From Camelus dromedarius (taxonomy: Eukaryota), in assembly GCF_036321535.1 (NCBI RefSeq), contig NC_087437.1, positions 68,264,001-68,328,000 on the forward strand: DNA of 64,000 nt, read 5' to 3'. The position numbers and the translations under genes are program-made. Below the pieces are notes generated by a model that was given only the letters and a program-made list of their open reading frames with translations, searched no databases and was not told the origin of the DNA. The number at the start of each line of letters is the position of its first letter. The first letter of the stretch is position 1. Positions 24,280 to 37,689 of the stretch are shown here, in pieces.

Positions 24280-24500
24280 AGGAAAGCTTACTTGAGTTCA
24301 TGCTACACTCATTTAATCATATAATTTTCTTAACAATTCTTTGAGCTTAGGTCCTATCATTACTCCTACTTTATAGGTGTGGAAATTGAGGGTTGAAAAA
24401 GTTATATAATTTGTGTAAGGTCATAAAGTTTATAAATAGTGGAAATGCAATTGACTGAACATAGATCATCTGACTCCCAGGCCCAAACTCTTAATCCCTC
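24280..24500 (-). mobile_element. MIR
   Basis: CTCATTTAATC...TACTTTATAGGTGTGGAAATTGAGGG...AAGGTCATAAAGTTTATAAATAGTGG...TCTGACTCCCAGGCCC. Confidence 0.65.
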
Positions 24501-25440
24501 ACATTGATGTAGCACTGATATGTGTATCAACTAATATTATATTTTATGACTGGTTTCAAGCAAGTCCTTTCTCAATTATAAATTTTCTTGACTTTTATCC
24601 AAGGAAGCACTACCTATTGTACTTAAACTTGTTTATTAGGATATCAATAAGAAACCATTTTACATGTATGATTTTAGTTGTGTTGTACAATCTAGCCGAG
24701 TAGATATTAATTATTAAAATTGAAACTGTGTTGTCAGTTCAAGTATACTAATGGCACTGCTTTGAGTCTCTTAATGCGTTTGCCAAGAAGAAGAGAATCA
24801 CATTTAAAAATTACGTTAGACCAAGAAAGCTTAACTTTTTCTTAGAAAGATGAAGCAGTTAAAGGGGATAGACAGGAGAGAGAATTCAAGTCCATAATAC
24901 CTTGACTCTGATCACTAGCCCTTAACTTGCTTGGGGGTAGTCTGGCAAGTTTCAGATGAAAAACAAGAGTCAAGATCCTTTGGTCTGTGAGGTGGGCTCA
25001 GTGGTAACAATAACAGCTTTTTTCTGGGAGCTTATGTGATAGAACACCTTGTTCTTACTTATATAGCCATTGCTTCTTGGTAGATACATCTTTTTCAAAA
25101 TGTGTTATTTTAACTGATATATCTTAGAAGTGTAGTGTAGGCAATTCACATATACACACTTAAAAACTCCTAACTCCACAGTAGCAGATACCACATTCTC
25201 ATGTTGGTGAAAAGTTACTTACAGAGACATTGTGTTTAAGAGCAAAAATAGGCCTGTGTAGTATTTGTTGTGCATTGAGAGATGTATTGAGCCATCCAAA
25301 TACATATAACTTGCTCATTACTCTTTTAAAGACTGGGATTTTTAAGGAAATTGCTTGAAGTTGGCATTATTTAGCTCTCTTATGAACTTATAATAAGAAA
25401 ACTTATACTTGTAGTTAATATCAAACCGTAGATTCTTTTT

Positions 25441-25634
25441 AAATTTTTTTTTTAATTAAAGTACAGTCAGTTACAATATGTCAATTTCTGGTGTACAACA
25501 CAATGTCCCAGTCATGCATATACATACATATATTCATTTTCATATTCTTTTTCATTGAAGGTTATCACAAGATACTGAATGTAGTATTAAAAAATTTTAA
25601 AAAATTTTTAATCTTTTTGTATATAATGGCTAAC
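25441..25634 (-). mobile_element. Very short 5'-truncated L1 3' end
   Basis: TTAAAGTACAGTCAGTTACAATATGTCAATTTCTGGTGTACA...CATATACATACATATATTCATTTTCATATTCTTTTTCATT, flanked by AGATTCTT at 25430 and 25635 (probable TSD). Confidence 0.85.
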
Positions 25635-26624
25635 AGATTCTTATTTTTTAACATATATTAAAGATCAAGAGTCCCTCTTTCTACAGAAAATATGCCTTGT
25701 GCTTCTCTTAAAAATATGTAATTTAGTGGCATCTTCTTATTTTCTACTCCTAGTTATGTCATCTTAAAATATAATTGAATTCTTAAACAATTTTTATTTC
25801 ATAAAGGCTTTTTATATTAATTTTGAAAATATCAAAATCATGTTCTTACGTTATAACCTCTAATCATTCTTTGTATCATCCAGTTCCATAGCTGCCTGGT
25901 CAAATTTCAAACAGATCAACTGCCAAAACAAATCAATGTGACTGTATCTGAAAGTACAAATAACTGTTAATGGCAGTGAATACAATTCTTATCGCCATGG
26001 TGATGATCCAGGTCTAAACTATTCCTCAGCCTCCCCTAACAGGCATGCCTAGCTGTTACACAAATGGGAATGTAGGATGAGGCAGAAAGATTAAAGAAAG
26101 GCTTTCAAATACCTAGAAAATTAAAAAAAGGGAAAAAAATCTATATTTTCATTCCAGGAGGGAGAAGTAGTATGGTCCCTATCTAAAGCCGTTATTGGAA
26201 TTGACAGGAGTTAGAATTCATAGCCACTTATTGACCTGAACCGGACTCTCCTTAATGACATTCTTATCAGAATAACAATAAGAGTAAGGGGCACGGCCTC
26301 CATGTCACTTCCAGTGGAGCCTGCACTAACTGGGATATGCATGACCCTTCTCTCTTAATATTCTTCAGAGTTGATTTGGCATGTAATGGTTCCCCACACC
26401 TTTGGCTGCTAATGAATTGATCACAACTCCTCTGGAAGTTAGCATTTTACAGGCTATTCTCAATTATTCAGATTGATGGCAGGAATGTATCAAAGCAAAG
26501 GACAACGTGCTGGAAATCCTTACATAGCTTTATACTTCTCTCATGTCTCTCCTCTCTTTTCGTTCAGCTGCTCCCTGTCACTTCCAAGAGCAGCTTGCTG
26601 TCAAATTAATGAAATTGATTTCCA

Positions 26625-26770
26625 AGAAACAGGAATATAGATTGGCAATTAAGTCGAGGAGTCCTATGTCCCAGTCCCAGTCTCACGATTGACTCAGGGT
26701 TTGGAAAAACACACAGCTTTCTTGGGCCTCAGCTTTAATATTTACAAAATGGGTAAAATTGTTTCCATGT
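26625..26770 (+). mobile_element. MIR/MIR3 fragment
   Basis: AAGTCGAGGAGTCCTATGTCCCAGTCCCAG...CTTGGGCCTCAGCTTTAATATTTACAAAATGGG. Confidence 0.5.
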
Positions 26771-27039
26771 GGTATGTTGGAACAGTAAGTAGTACATTAG
26801 CAAAGATATTACAGGTACATAAACCAAACTCTTCAGACATGTCAGGTACTTTGAAGATTGTTTCAGGGCAACAGTAAATCAATACATTATTTAATATCTT
26901 TTATTATCATGCATTTTTGATGAATGGATTCTCTATAAATCAAAAAGAAATAGATGAGATCATCTTAACTTTTACAATCTGTGGTCTCTGGACTCAGTCT
27001 TTCCTGCCTTCCACTCTGGGATCTTCTACCTAGTAGGGT

Positions 27040-27200
27040 GCTATTGCACAAAGAACACTGATTTGACATTTGTAAGGTCTAGGTTCTGATGGCACCTTAG
27101 TTATTAATTAGCTATGTGATCTTTGGCAAGTGTCTCTGTTTCTTTCAGTCATAGTTTCTCCATTTATGTAATTTGGCAGTTGGAGTAAATTTAACTCTGA
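27040..27200 (+). mobile_element. MIR/MIR3 fragment
   Basis: AAAGAACACTGATTT...TCTAGGTTCT...AGCTATGTGATCTTTGGCAAGT...AGTTTCTCCATTTATGTAA. Confidence 0.55.
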
Positions 27201-28069
27201 TATATTCAGCACAATAACTTCTTTTATTATTTATTCACTTGTACTTTACTTGGAAATATTTGGTTTACAAATTTCAGTAATTTATTTTTCTGCTTTTTTT
27301 TCATCAATAATTTTTTTTTTATTGAATACCCATTAAAAACAGTGAAAAACAACAGGAAAGACTGCGTGCAAAAAAGTTAATCATTTAGTAAAATGATTGC
27401 TATTTTGGTGACTCTGTAGAACATTTGAAGATGCGTGCTTAACTTCTACCAGCCTTTCAAAGTATTAGTACTAGATTCCTAATACTCTTCATTGCCTTAG
27501 TAGCCACTTGAAGAGACAAAGGTCAGTGAAGTCTGTGAACCACTGGACTGGACTATCTTTAAGGTCCATTCTGATTCAAACCCATGATTCTAAGTATCAG
27601 ATCTTGGTCATTCATCATGTAGTTTTGGTGCTGTGTATTTGGTTCTAGAAAACTCTCTTGTCCTTTGAATGACCAGAGGTTGACATTTGGATGTTCTGGC
27701 CCAGGAGCTGGAAGGTCAGTAATCATCCTATTTGGTAACTAACTGCTCCAATGTATTTTAGAATCATAGATTTGTTCATCCTATTTATAATAATAAAAGA
27801 TACTGAAGGAGATAATGAAATTAGTTAAACAACCTAGGTGGAAATAAATACAAACCAAGCCCTAAGATACCTTCTATAACCACTATTACCATCATTAGAA
27901 AATGTTCCTAAAAATGTAATTTGAGGGGTAAATGTTTAAATCGATGAAGTCTTCCTGGCAGGACAGTTAGGGGAAACCAAGCATTCAGATGTTGTCACTT
28001 TCAATGTAATATGAACTGCCTTAGCTGTGGTTGCCTAAGCCAGAGAGTGAATTATCTTTCTTCACTCCT

Positions 28070-28565
28070 AGGTCCAAAAAGTGCTACAATCTCACCCCAT
28101 CAGACCTCAGCTCTTACTTGTTTGTGTTCTTCCTTACACACTGGATTCTCAGGCCAAACTAAACAGCCTGTTGTTCCTCAGAAGTTCTAAAGGTTTCTTG
28201 CCTCAATGCCTCTGCTCACACTATTTCCTACATCTAAACCTGAGGGCATGCCCAAAGTCAACCCCCTCTCCAAAGCCCTGATCACGAAATTAGTTCCGCC
28301 ATGAAGTCTTACGTTTTCTCCCATAACATAATATTGTACCATATCATACCATGTTCTGAACTCATAGTTCTTGTAATTCTCCTTCATTCCTCCCAGTTAA
28401 TGTTTCACTTATACTCTCTCTATGTGTGTTGCCTCTTCTTGTCTCTGCTACCCAGCTCCTGCCTCCTCTAGCACAAAAGCTACATCAGGTTCACCTGCCT
28501 AGTCATACAGTACCTTGTGCTTATGAGTCATACAATTAATATTTGTTGAATGACTAAATAAATGC
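28070..28565 (+). mobile_element. L2 3' end
   Basis: Pyrimidine-rich L2-like body ending CAGTACCTTGTGCTTATGAGTCATACAATTAATATTTGTTGAATGACTAAATAAATG. Confidence 0.6.
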
Positions 28566-29539
28566 CATTCAACCAGAAGGTTGAGTAAACTGATTATGGT
28601 TAGAATGATTTAGAAAGGAGTCACTCCAGAACTGTGTATGCAGTTATGTATCCTGATGATAATTAAAGAAGACCCATCAATTCTCCTTCCTGTTAATCCT
28701 ATTCCCCACTTGGGAAGTTTTGTTAACAAGAATTTGCCAACAAATCCACAGAGCAAATTTGAGATATTAAGGACAAAAGACATCAGACTTAGCAGCACTT
28801 GAGAAAAAAGATGTTATCATTTATCCTCCAGTCAAGTCCCTTGTTCTGCTTGCCAGTTTGGTATAAGGACAAGTCTTTTCTATCCATTCTATACTAACAC
28901 ACCACATTATTTTCTTTGAATCAAAATGACAGGGGAAGAAAGAGAAAGAGATAGTTTGCACTTAAGATAGCTCTAGAAATGCAGTGATGTATCCACAGTT
29001 ATAATATAGTCCATAAAGATAATGCCAAGCACATAGTCAGCTGAAAGGCCAGGCTAGGTGGGTCATCTGTTCTGACTTTTTTTTTTTCCTCTCTGAGCCA
29101 TTTCAAATTTTCTTTCTTTTATTGTGATTAAAAGTGTGAATGAAAATCATAAAAGTGCAATTTAAAAATCATCTTAATGAACTAATTACAGGCTACCAAA
29201 ATATAACATCTCATTTAAGAACATTATCAAATCAATCCATCCATGTGTTGAATCACTGAGGTGTGTGGAAAAAAAGGGACAATAAAAATTTCATTACATT
29301 ATCTGTCTGGGGATGGCTCCTTCATAACTTATTAAGGGAATATTCTTTTTCTCACTGTGCTTGTCTGTCAGTCAGTTGAGATTGGCCTTGTGCTCAAGGA
29401 AATACTCAACAGTGATCAGAAATCCAGAGAAAGCAGTACTAAACTCTTCTGATACTGATTCTGCTGCTCGTATTGTACTGCTCTTCCTTCTGTTTTTATT
29501 CTGACCCAGATTTACGTAGCATGATCTCCACTGCTAGGT

Positions 29540-29740
29540 ATAGCATAGTAGTGGCTAAAAGTTTGGGCTATGCAGTCAGATAGCCTGGGTTCAAGTCCCA
29601 TTTCTGCCAATTATAGGTTGCTCACAATAGTTATTTAAACTCTTTAAACCTTCGGGTTCCACTCTATAAAATGCTGCTGGTGATAGCACCTGCCTTGTTG
29701 GGATGCTTAGAGGATTAAACAAGGAGATGGATGTATCCCC
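29540..29740 (+). mobile_element. MIR
   Basis: TAGCATAGTAGTGGCTAAAAGTTTGGGCTATGCAGTCAGATAGCCTGGGTTCAAGTCCC...TATTTAAACTCT...GAGGATTAAA. Confidence 0.7.
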
Positions 29741-29838
29741 AGTAGTTGGCAAGTGATCACTACCTCCATAAGCTGTAATTACTCATGCCAGTCTTCCCCA
29801 TCACTCATTTTGCACTGCTTGAATCTATACATGTTAAG

Positions 29839-30342
29839 TGTTACCACATCCAAACTCATTCTGCTCACCACACGACAGGCCAATAAATCGGGAGATGAGG
29901 TGTTAGGGCAAGAAGTAAAGACTTTATTTGGAAAGCCAGCAGCCCAAGAAGATGACAGACTAATATTTGGGAGAACCATCTTCCCAAAGTCAGAATTCAG
30001 GCTTCTTTTATACTAAAAAGGGAAGGGGGTGTGGTTGGTTGTTGCAAAGTTCTTGGTGTCGGAATCCTATGCTCTTGTCTCTGTCCATGTAGGTCAGGTC
30101 ATAGTGTCCCTGTAAACCTCCAACAAGACAAATGTTATTTTCTATTCTGCAACTTTTTTATCTTTGTATGAATAGAAAAGTGTTTTACCCTTAAAGGTCA
30201 GAGCGTTGAGAATGGGCTGTCCTGTATATGTCAGGCTATAGGCAACATTCTTTTACAAAAGATGCAAAACCAGATGACTAAGCACAGGATTAGAGCCAAA
30301 GGAACAGATCTAATATGGAGTCAGGTTTTTTCTTCCCTACTG
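29839..30342 (-). mobile_element. ERV1 solo LTR, MER41-like
   Basis: On the - strand: GACTCCATATTAGATC near the 5' end, TATA box TATAAAAG, polyA signal AATAAAG, and terminus TTATTGGCCTGTCGTGTGGTGAGCAG...GGTAACA. Confidence 0.8.
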
Positions 30343-33300
30343 AATTAGTGTCCCCAGACATTTATGACAAGTACTTTATCTGCCCTACTTCCTGATCTGA
30401 ATCCTCAGATAACACAGGCGTGGCAGATTCTCTCATGCTTGCCCTCTATCAAGTCTATTCCTCCTCTTCTGCCTCTCTTCTTGTCCACATTTTATGACCT
30501 TATCTGTCTGAGGGTGACTTCCATAACTTATTAAGGGAATATTCTTTTTCTCATCGTATTTTTCTGTCATTCATTTGAGATTGGCCTCGTGCTCAATAGG
30601 TAGTTCTATACTGTATTCTCTTCCCTTTTCAGTTCTTGTTTCTACCAAGTTCAGTCTCAACTGCTATTACTCCTCATTTGGAGAAACGCTTAATTTGGCT
30701 GTGCCCTCAAGGCTGGAACCAATCCAGACAACTCAGGACTAAGACAGAAGTCATCTCCAGAAAAGTTTCATTTGGAAGGTCATAGACCACTCACTGGGGC
30801 TGAGAGTGGGTGAATCTGAGTGCAAGCAAGGGAGTGGCAATGAATAGAAGGGAGAGATTAAACAGCAAATTGTGAGTGAACCAGAGGGGAGGAGGGAGAG
30901 TGTAGGAGACTGAAAGATGCAATGAAATAAGGAAAGATGTAGACATTCTCAAGTGAAACAAAACACTCTCGAGGTAGTGACGTTGCGGGCTAAAGAGAGG
31001 ACTTGTTTGTTTATTATTAATTATTTGTGATCTCATTAATTTCAATTATTGAAGTAAGGTGATAAAATTTTTCTCTAAAAACATGAGTCATTTATATTTT
31101 AAAACTAGTCTTACTGATGGACTCCATGTTTTTATCTCTGGCTTGATGCAAAGCCAGTTGACAAGAGAGGTAGATGGTACCCAGGGCATAGTAAGCATTA
31201 ATGATGAATAGGATCACATGGGGAGTGCTGTTCACATCTGAAAACATGGTAAGGGACCAGAAGGAGAAAGCCACTTAGTACATAGTGATGCTTGGTGACT
31301 CTTTATATGGGCCTATAACTGTGAAGCTAGATCTGAATAGCTCTCTTTGGGACTTTTCAACCTTCTATGCCTATGAAGTTCTATTCAAGTTTTGACAAAT
31401 ATCATTTTGAGAGAAGTTTCAATTATGTGCTCTATTTTATTTCTAGGTAAGAGACTTCTATGTCAGAGACCTTACCCTGCCTCTTTTTTACCTTCATAAC
31501 CTTCACTGTATATATAACCTAAACAGAAAAGAATAAACTTCTTTTACTGGCAGCCAACTCCTAGTTTCTTTTCTGGGATCTTCCCATACCCTCCAACTCA
31601 GAGTCAAAAGGGACTTGTAATACAAAGCATTCCTAGGAAAAGAGGCCCTAAAGTCTCAGAAAGTTCCAAAGTCTTCCTTGTGGGAAAATTTCAGGAAAAA
31701 AAAAACCAACCACATATACATACAAAGCCATAGTCCCTTGAAGTTTTCAAACCTTCCACATTTCCTATTAAAATTCACCACTTTACCACTGTGAAGTCAG
31801 ACTCTGGTAAAAGATGAGATGAAATCTTGTGCTATTTGTTCTCAGAACTTTTCTGTCTATATTATTGGATTGTTTTTAATTTTTATGGCAACCTCTACTT
31901 TGTGTGACAAAACTATACCTGACTAGGTTAGAAAGAATGTGAAATTTATGAATTTTGGTTTTTCAGTCCCTTTGTATGCTAATTCCCATTGTTAATATCT
32001 CTCTGTCTCTTCTTGATCAGTTGTCTCAAAATAAACTCTAATTGATTACAGAGTACCAAGAAGCACATAGCGCTTGAGTTAGTGTGCTTGTAATATACAA
32101 CACACCCAGACAAACATCATCCTTCTGATACAAGCATTTGGAGTGGTTACTCCTTGCCTTATTTTGCTCAGTTTGAACACTAGAATTTTGACTCTAATAG
32201 AAAAGAACTAATCATTCTAGTTATTTTTATTTTGAAAATGCTAAGACCTTCATCTTGACAGCACATGAAAATATCTAAATTTCTTGAGAATGATGGTTAT
32301 AATTCTAAACACTATCGACTCTAAAATTGTGTATACAACATCAGAGAAGGAAAAGCCTTGGACTCTGACACTGTCCAGTTTTCTCACTCAGAAACAAATA
32401 AAAGCTGACAACCAGATTAGACATGGGAATGTTCTTTTGCTTGATCTGTGTCCTTATCTGTGAGTTCTTTGATAGCATCCAAGTGCAGAATCCAGGCAAT
32501 CCATTGATGTGCCATGATGGTTGTGTCTTTCCTCAAGGTTCCATACAAAGTTTTAACCTTTTATTAATCACTTTTTCAGAATGAGTTCTTGAGTAATGGG
32601 TTGTACAAATTCATTCATATGGAAAAGTCATGTGTGGCTTCTGCCCCATCTTCTCATCTGTGGACTCCAAAGCTTTTCTTTCTGTTCTTCATGATGATTG
32701 TGTTCTGTATTGAGAATTTTTCTGAGGAGAGGGGATTTTTCAGGCCTTTTTGGTGGACTCTTCCTGCTTAGGTCTAAACTGAAAATAGACCTCCCGTTTT
32801 TTTAGTGCTTTGTGTCCTCCTAGGTAACATCTTTATGCATTGCCCTGGTGATAATAGCTTAAGATGCTTCCATTCAGTCATTTCACTGAATACAAAGTAA
32901 ACTAAACACATCTGTGACTACTATACTAAAGCCAGCCTAAAGCATCGGATCGCCTTTCATCAGCAACATTTTTGTGAGAGAAGGACAAAGCATTATTACT
33001 TGGACAAAATGGGCCAATTAAAACCATTTACAATCCCGGCACCTAATGATAACCACTATTAAAAATATTTTGGTGCAGCTTTCAGTCTCTTTTGATAAAT
33101 ACATAAACAACTTTTTTTTTTTTTTACAAAAATGGAATCCTGAGTATACACCTAATAGCCTGCTTTTTATAAGGATAATATAACAAGATAATTTTTTCAG
33201 CTCTTTTTAAATAGTCTTCTGCAGCATCTTTTTTCAACTGTTATATGCATTTATCTTAAATAAGGACCTTCAAAAGTAAATTAAAATTAAAATTGGAGTG

Positions 33301-33539
33301 GCAGGGAACTGAAGTATTACATACCTCAAAAGTTGGTATATTGGTTAAATGACCAGCTTACATTACTTCACATTGTCCCAGGAGACTGTTCCAAATTAAT
33401 TCCCCAACTAGGTCAACCAGTATCTGAATAGAAAGGCCCACTTCTTCACCAAAGTACAGGATGCTAGAAACAGAAGAGGAAGAGTTAAAAAGAATGGATT
33501 AGTAATTTTAATCTAAATGTAGGATTTTAAAAATGCTAT

Positions 33540-34089
33540 TGTATTTGTTGAAAATCAATTGCAGAGAAAAGAATCCACTCTAGATTTTTTATTAAACAGA
33601 AGGGACTTTACCAAAGAAAAATAAAGGTTTACAAAACTCTTGGGTGGGTTGAAGAAATAGATTTCAGATCAGATAGACATATCACTAGCCCATCACAATG
33701 ATGGAAGTCATGCCTCTTCTGTGGCTCCAGGAGCTACTACATTCAGAGTTTCCATTGCTGCTGCCTGGCCCATGGTCTGATACAAGACTGTCCCGAACAG
33801 AGGATGTTCCTCACTCTGCTACACAGCACCCATGAAGGTAGTGACTGGATCCTGGGACTTTTGCTGACACTGTTGCCAAGCAACCAAATGCCTCCAGTCT
33901 TTCTTCCTTTCCTTTCCATATTCAGCTGAAATGTTCTGACTGGACAAATCTAAGCTACATCTAAAAAAAACTAGCTACAGAGAAGTCTGGGAAATGTAGT
34001 TTTTTGTTTTTCCCACCTTGGCATTATAGGGGAGTATTCTAGAAAGAACATCGAATGCAATTTGAGCAAATTTATGGTATCCACAACAA
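33540..34089 (-). mobile_element. Old MaLR LTR (MLT1K/L/N-like)
   Basis: TTGCAGAGAAAAGAATCCACTCTAG...AACAGAAGGGACTTTA...CTGACTGGACAAATCTAAGCTACAT...CTAGCTACAGAGAAGTCTGGGAAATGTAGTTTT. Confidence 0.55.
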
Positions 34090-36364
34090 ATGCCTAATGT
34101 ACTTTGGAAAGATTTATTAATTAATTTATCTCCCTAGAGTGCTTTCCAACTTTGTTGATGAAAAGAAATTTATAGGTCAGTTTTATAAAATACAGATTTT
34201 TTTTTAATCCAAATTGAACTGAATCCAAACGTAAATCTCTGGTTAGGAGCTATGGAATCAGATACTCATAATCAGATGACTTTAGAAAACAATTACTTTG
34301 TAAATGTCATTTATTAGTGTTCCCCCCAAATTTTTGTAGGGTTGGAGAGAACTAGATCTCAGCCTTACCATGCACTCAGAAAAAGAGTATATCTGAAAGA
34401 TTTTTAATGTTCTGTGCGTTTCATAGAACTATTTGAGGCAAGAATGGGGAAAAGTAAATAGATAAGGAACCTCTCTTTCATCTCACTTTTATTCTCAACA
34501 AATTTGTGGTTTCTCTTTCTTCTATAAGGAAAAAAATCTTATTTTACTAACTGAATAGTTCAAGACTAGATACTCCAAAAAATAAGCACAGTAGTTTTAA
34601 GGGAGTTGTCTAAGACTGCTAGACTCCATAAACACTGTGTCTACTTAGTATATCATTGTTATAAGGAGATAATTCCAGTAACCTAGTATTGATAATCCAT
34701 GTATTATTTGAGTTGTTTTTCTACTATTGAGTAATTGTAAATTGCAGTGATCTATCTACATACACTGTCATGCAGTCTCCCTTGAGAAATTGCAAGAATC
34801 AGGCTGGGACTAGATACGCACTTTTTTGGCAACAAGACAGAATAAAGCCAGCTCCCCATGTAGTCTAATGAACAAACTCTTTGGATATCAGCCAGACACT
34901 TCCTCCAGGTGGAAGGCAACCAGCCGTGCCTTGATTTGCTAGGGGTTGGGATATTGTGTAATGATCAAAAGAAGTGAGCATACTGTAAAGCTTAGCTGAA
35001 GTGAATGAGAGATTTCAAAAATTTATATTTAGGGTTTCTTCTACCAGTAATAACTCTTAACCCTTTTTCATCATCAAAAGAAGACTGAGATAAAGATTTT
35101 GTTTCTCAGATACTGAGTCACTTGAAAATCACTAATGTCGTAATTTCTTTGAGATGACCCTGATTACGTGGCTCTAAAGAAATTAATATGGTTTATAATA
35201 ATCATAGGACATCATTAATTATAAAGTTGTAGCTGAGGGTGGTTCAAAATAAGGGAAGAAGAGGGGAAATAAAAGTGATTACTCACCACTCCTAGCAGGG
35301 TATGGTATCTCTGTATTTCCATATTACATTAATTGAAACATCAGCCATGTAATATAAGATAAGGTGTAATATCTAATGTATTCACTTAAGCATTCTTTTA
35401 AAGATAAGGGGGAATTTTTAAAAAATAGTTAATAGTTAATCACTTAAAGATACGGGGTAATGAAGCAGAGTTTCTTGTTTGGTTGAAATATTTTTATGCT
35501 TTTAAAATCAGAAGTTTAACTGAAATTTCACAGATGATTAGTTCATAATATAGGTTAATTATTACTAGTAATGAGATTTGTCCCCAGCAGATTGAATATT
35601 CAGACTTTATAAGGTTAATTCACAATACTATCTATTAAAATGTAGATTCATAATTGGAATAGTTTTGGACTTTCTAGAGTTCTTTATTCCTTTCCTGAAA
35701 AGCAACTCTTCTGGGGTAAGCTGGGAATGAATTATTACCAAAAATAGCCTAGAATCACGTATGCACATGAAATAAAAATGGGGTATTCTATTTAGTCCTC
35801 ACGGCTATGAGCAAAGCCAGATAATTTTTCATCATTCTTCATCAGCCAGAAGTTTCAGACACTAATTTAGCGATCTACCAACCTCTCTGCAAAGCACACC
35901 AGATGAAGAAACTTTAAGGTCAGAAGGAAATTGTTTCTTTTGATTAAGTTAAACACTGTTGTGAAGGATTATGCTATGTGGGTCCTCTTCAGTGATATGT
36001 TGTTGACCTTGAATATTCTGTAACTCTCTCCTCTTCTGTATCCATGATATTATATTATTGTTCTTTCTTATGGTCTCCTTTAAGATACATATATATATAT
36101 CTTAAATAAATACATATATGTATCTCTTTCAAATCACTAATTCTCACTATCTTTTTTCCTTCCTCTCTCCAAGATGCACTTCTGGGACATCTGATATTCT
36201 CTTTTCCTCTGTACTCTTTCTTTAGTATATCTTGTTAGTAATATCAGAGAGGGCTTCCTTCATTGTACTGTGTATGGTCCTTTAGAATTCTGACATTTCA
36301 GTAGTCTTCTCCAAGTCACTGCTTCTAAGGCTAAACTCTGACTGAAATCCCATCAGAACTTCTT

Positions 36365-36490
36365 TATTTATTTATTCAACAAATACACTCTGCGAAGTAT
36401 TAAGTGTAAGGCACTGTGCAAGGTATTCAGAATGTGGCTGAAAGCAGACACAAACAGTTTCTGTTTTTGTGGAATTCAGCTTGACTAAAG
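36365..36490 (-). mobile_element. L2 3' end
   Basis: TTTATTCAACAAATAC...GTGTAAGGCACTGTGCAAGGTATT. Confidence 0.6.
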
Positions 36491-36788
36491 TTTGGCGCTC
36501 TGTCTGCTCTAAAAGTCTTACGTGCAGCTCTCCTAGCTGCCTGTTTTCAAAGGGAAATCGTTATCTCTTCATTGGAAAGGGCATGGAAAAACCCACTAAG
36601 GAAAGAAAAGAAACTGGAGGAGAAAAACAAGCGAAGAAAGAGGACATTGAGGAATGAGAAAGAAAGACGGAAGGGACAGGGACTAAAATTTTGAACAGAT
36701 TGAACCAAATGCTGCGGTGTATGGAGCTTTGGGGAAGAGATGTGGATGAGGAAGGACTTTAATAAGTGTTTGCTGTTTGTCTTTGCAG

Positions 36789-36861
36789 GTATCGTGTCTT
36801 CTTTCTTGCTCCGTCAATGAAATTTCAGTATGGAACTACAGTACTAGTCAGGGTCCGGGAA
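36789..36861 (+). other. Candidate internal exon, 73 nt, host gene not identified
   Basis: Acceptor GTGTTTGCTGTTTGTCTTTGCAG|G and donor GAA|GTATGT. Unique sequence with 3 CpGs; two of the three frames are open. Confidence 0.4.
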
Positions 36862-37689
36862 GTATGTTTCTGGATTTGTGTTTAGTGTGAATGTGTCCTG
36901 AGTTGACAGGCCTTTGGGGCTGGGGGGTCACTGTGCCCTGCTTTATTAAAGTTCTTTACATGATGAAAGTGCACTCTTGTATTGCACTTGTGTATCTCTT
37001 GCGTCCATGTTAAATTCATTGTATTGTATTTTATAAGGATGACCTTTGAAAGTCATAAACTGACCTGACCCCTATGTCAGAGGAAGGAGGCAGATTAAAT
37101 ACCACTAAAGGGAATGTATATTTCCCCAAGCCAATCATCTACACATGAAAATGGACCTTAAACAGCCAGAGAAGGAGTTCCTTCCTGCATCTCTCAAGTC
37201 TCTTTTTCTCTCCTGGGTTTAGGACTTGAGGAGTCAATATGCTGGAGGAGTTAAGCCATGGCAGTGCAAAATTGTGTGTATATATGGGGAGATTCATCAG
37301 ATTCTCAAAGCTACCCAAAAGAGGTTAAAAGTCATTGATCTAATTATATGTTATATGCTTTATGTTAATTTCCCTTTTGTTACCTTGAGTCGTCAACCTT
37401 TTGGGACTGTATCTGCCTGATCTCAACTCTCAATTGCAAAATTAAGAGAAGGGATGTGCATTCAGGCTCAGGCTAGAATTTGAAGTGAGGATGTGTCCTG
37501 CTCTGGTCTAATGCAGTAGGGGCAATATTCGCTTAAGATAAATCTCCAAGGTGGAGCTGAATCACAGGGACAGGTGTCAAGGCTGAGAGATTCACCACTC
37601 CCCCTCCCTTCAGCCTGCTATAGAGACTGACCACAATGCCTACACTGAAAAATTCAATTTTTATCGGATCAGGAAGCCAGCAGTTTGCT

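Noticed and set aside
29299..30596. CRISPR-like repeat or paired LTRs of a provirus
   Set aside because: There are only two copies, 1.2 kb apart, with no spacer periodicity, no TG...CA termini and no internal retroviral sequence; the context is mammalian.
36079..36107. Palindrome TTTAAGATA...(TA)n...TATCTTAAA
   Set aside because: It is largely explained by the self-complementary (TA)n microsatellite.
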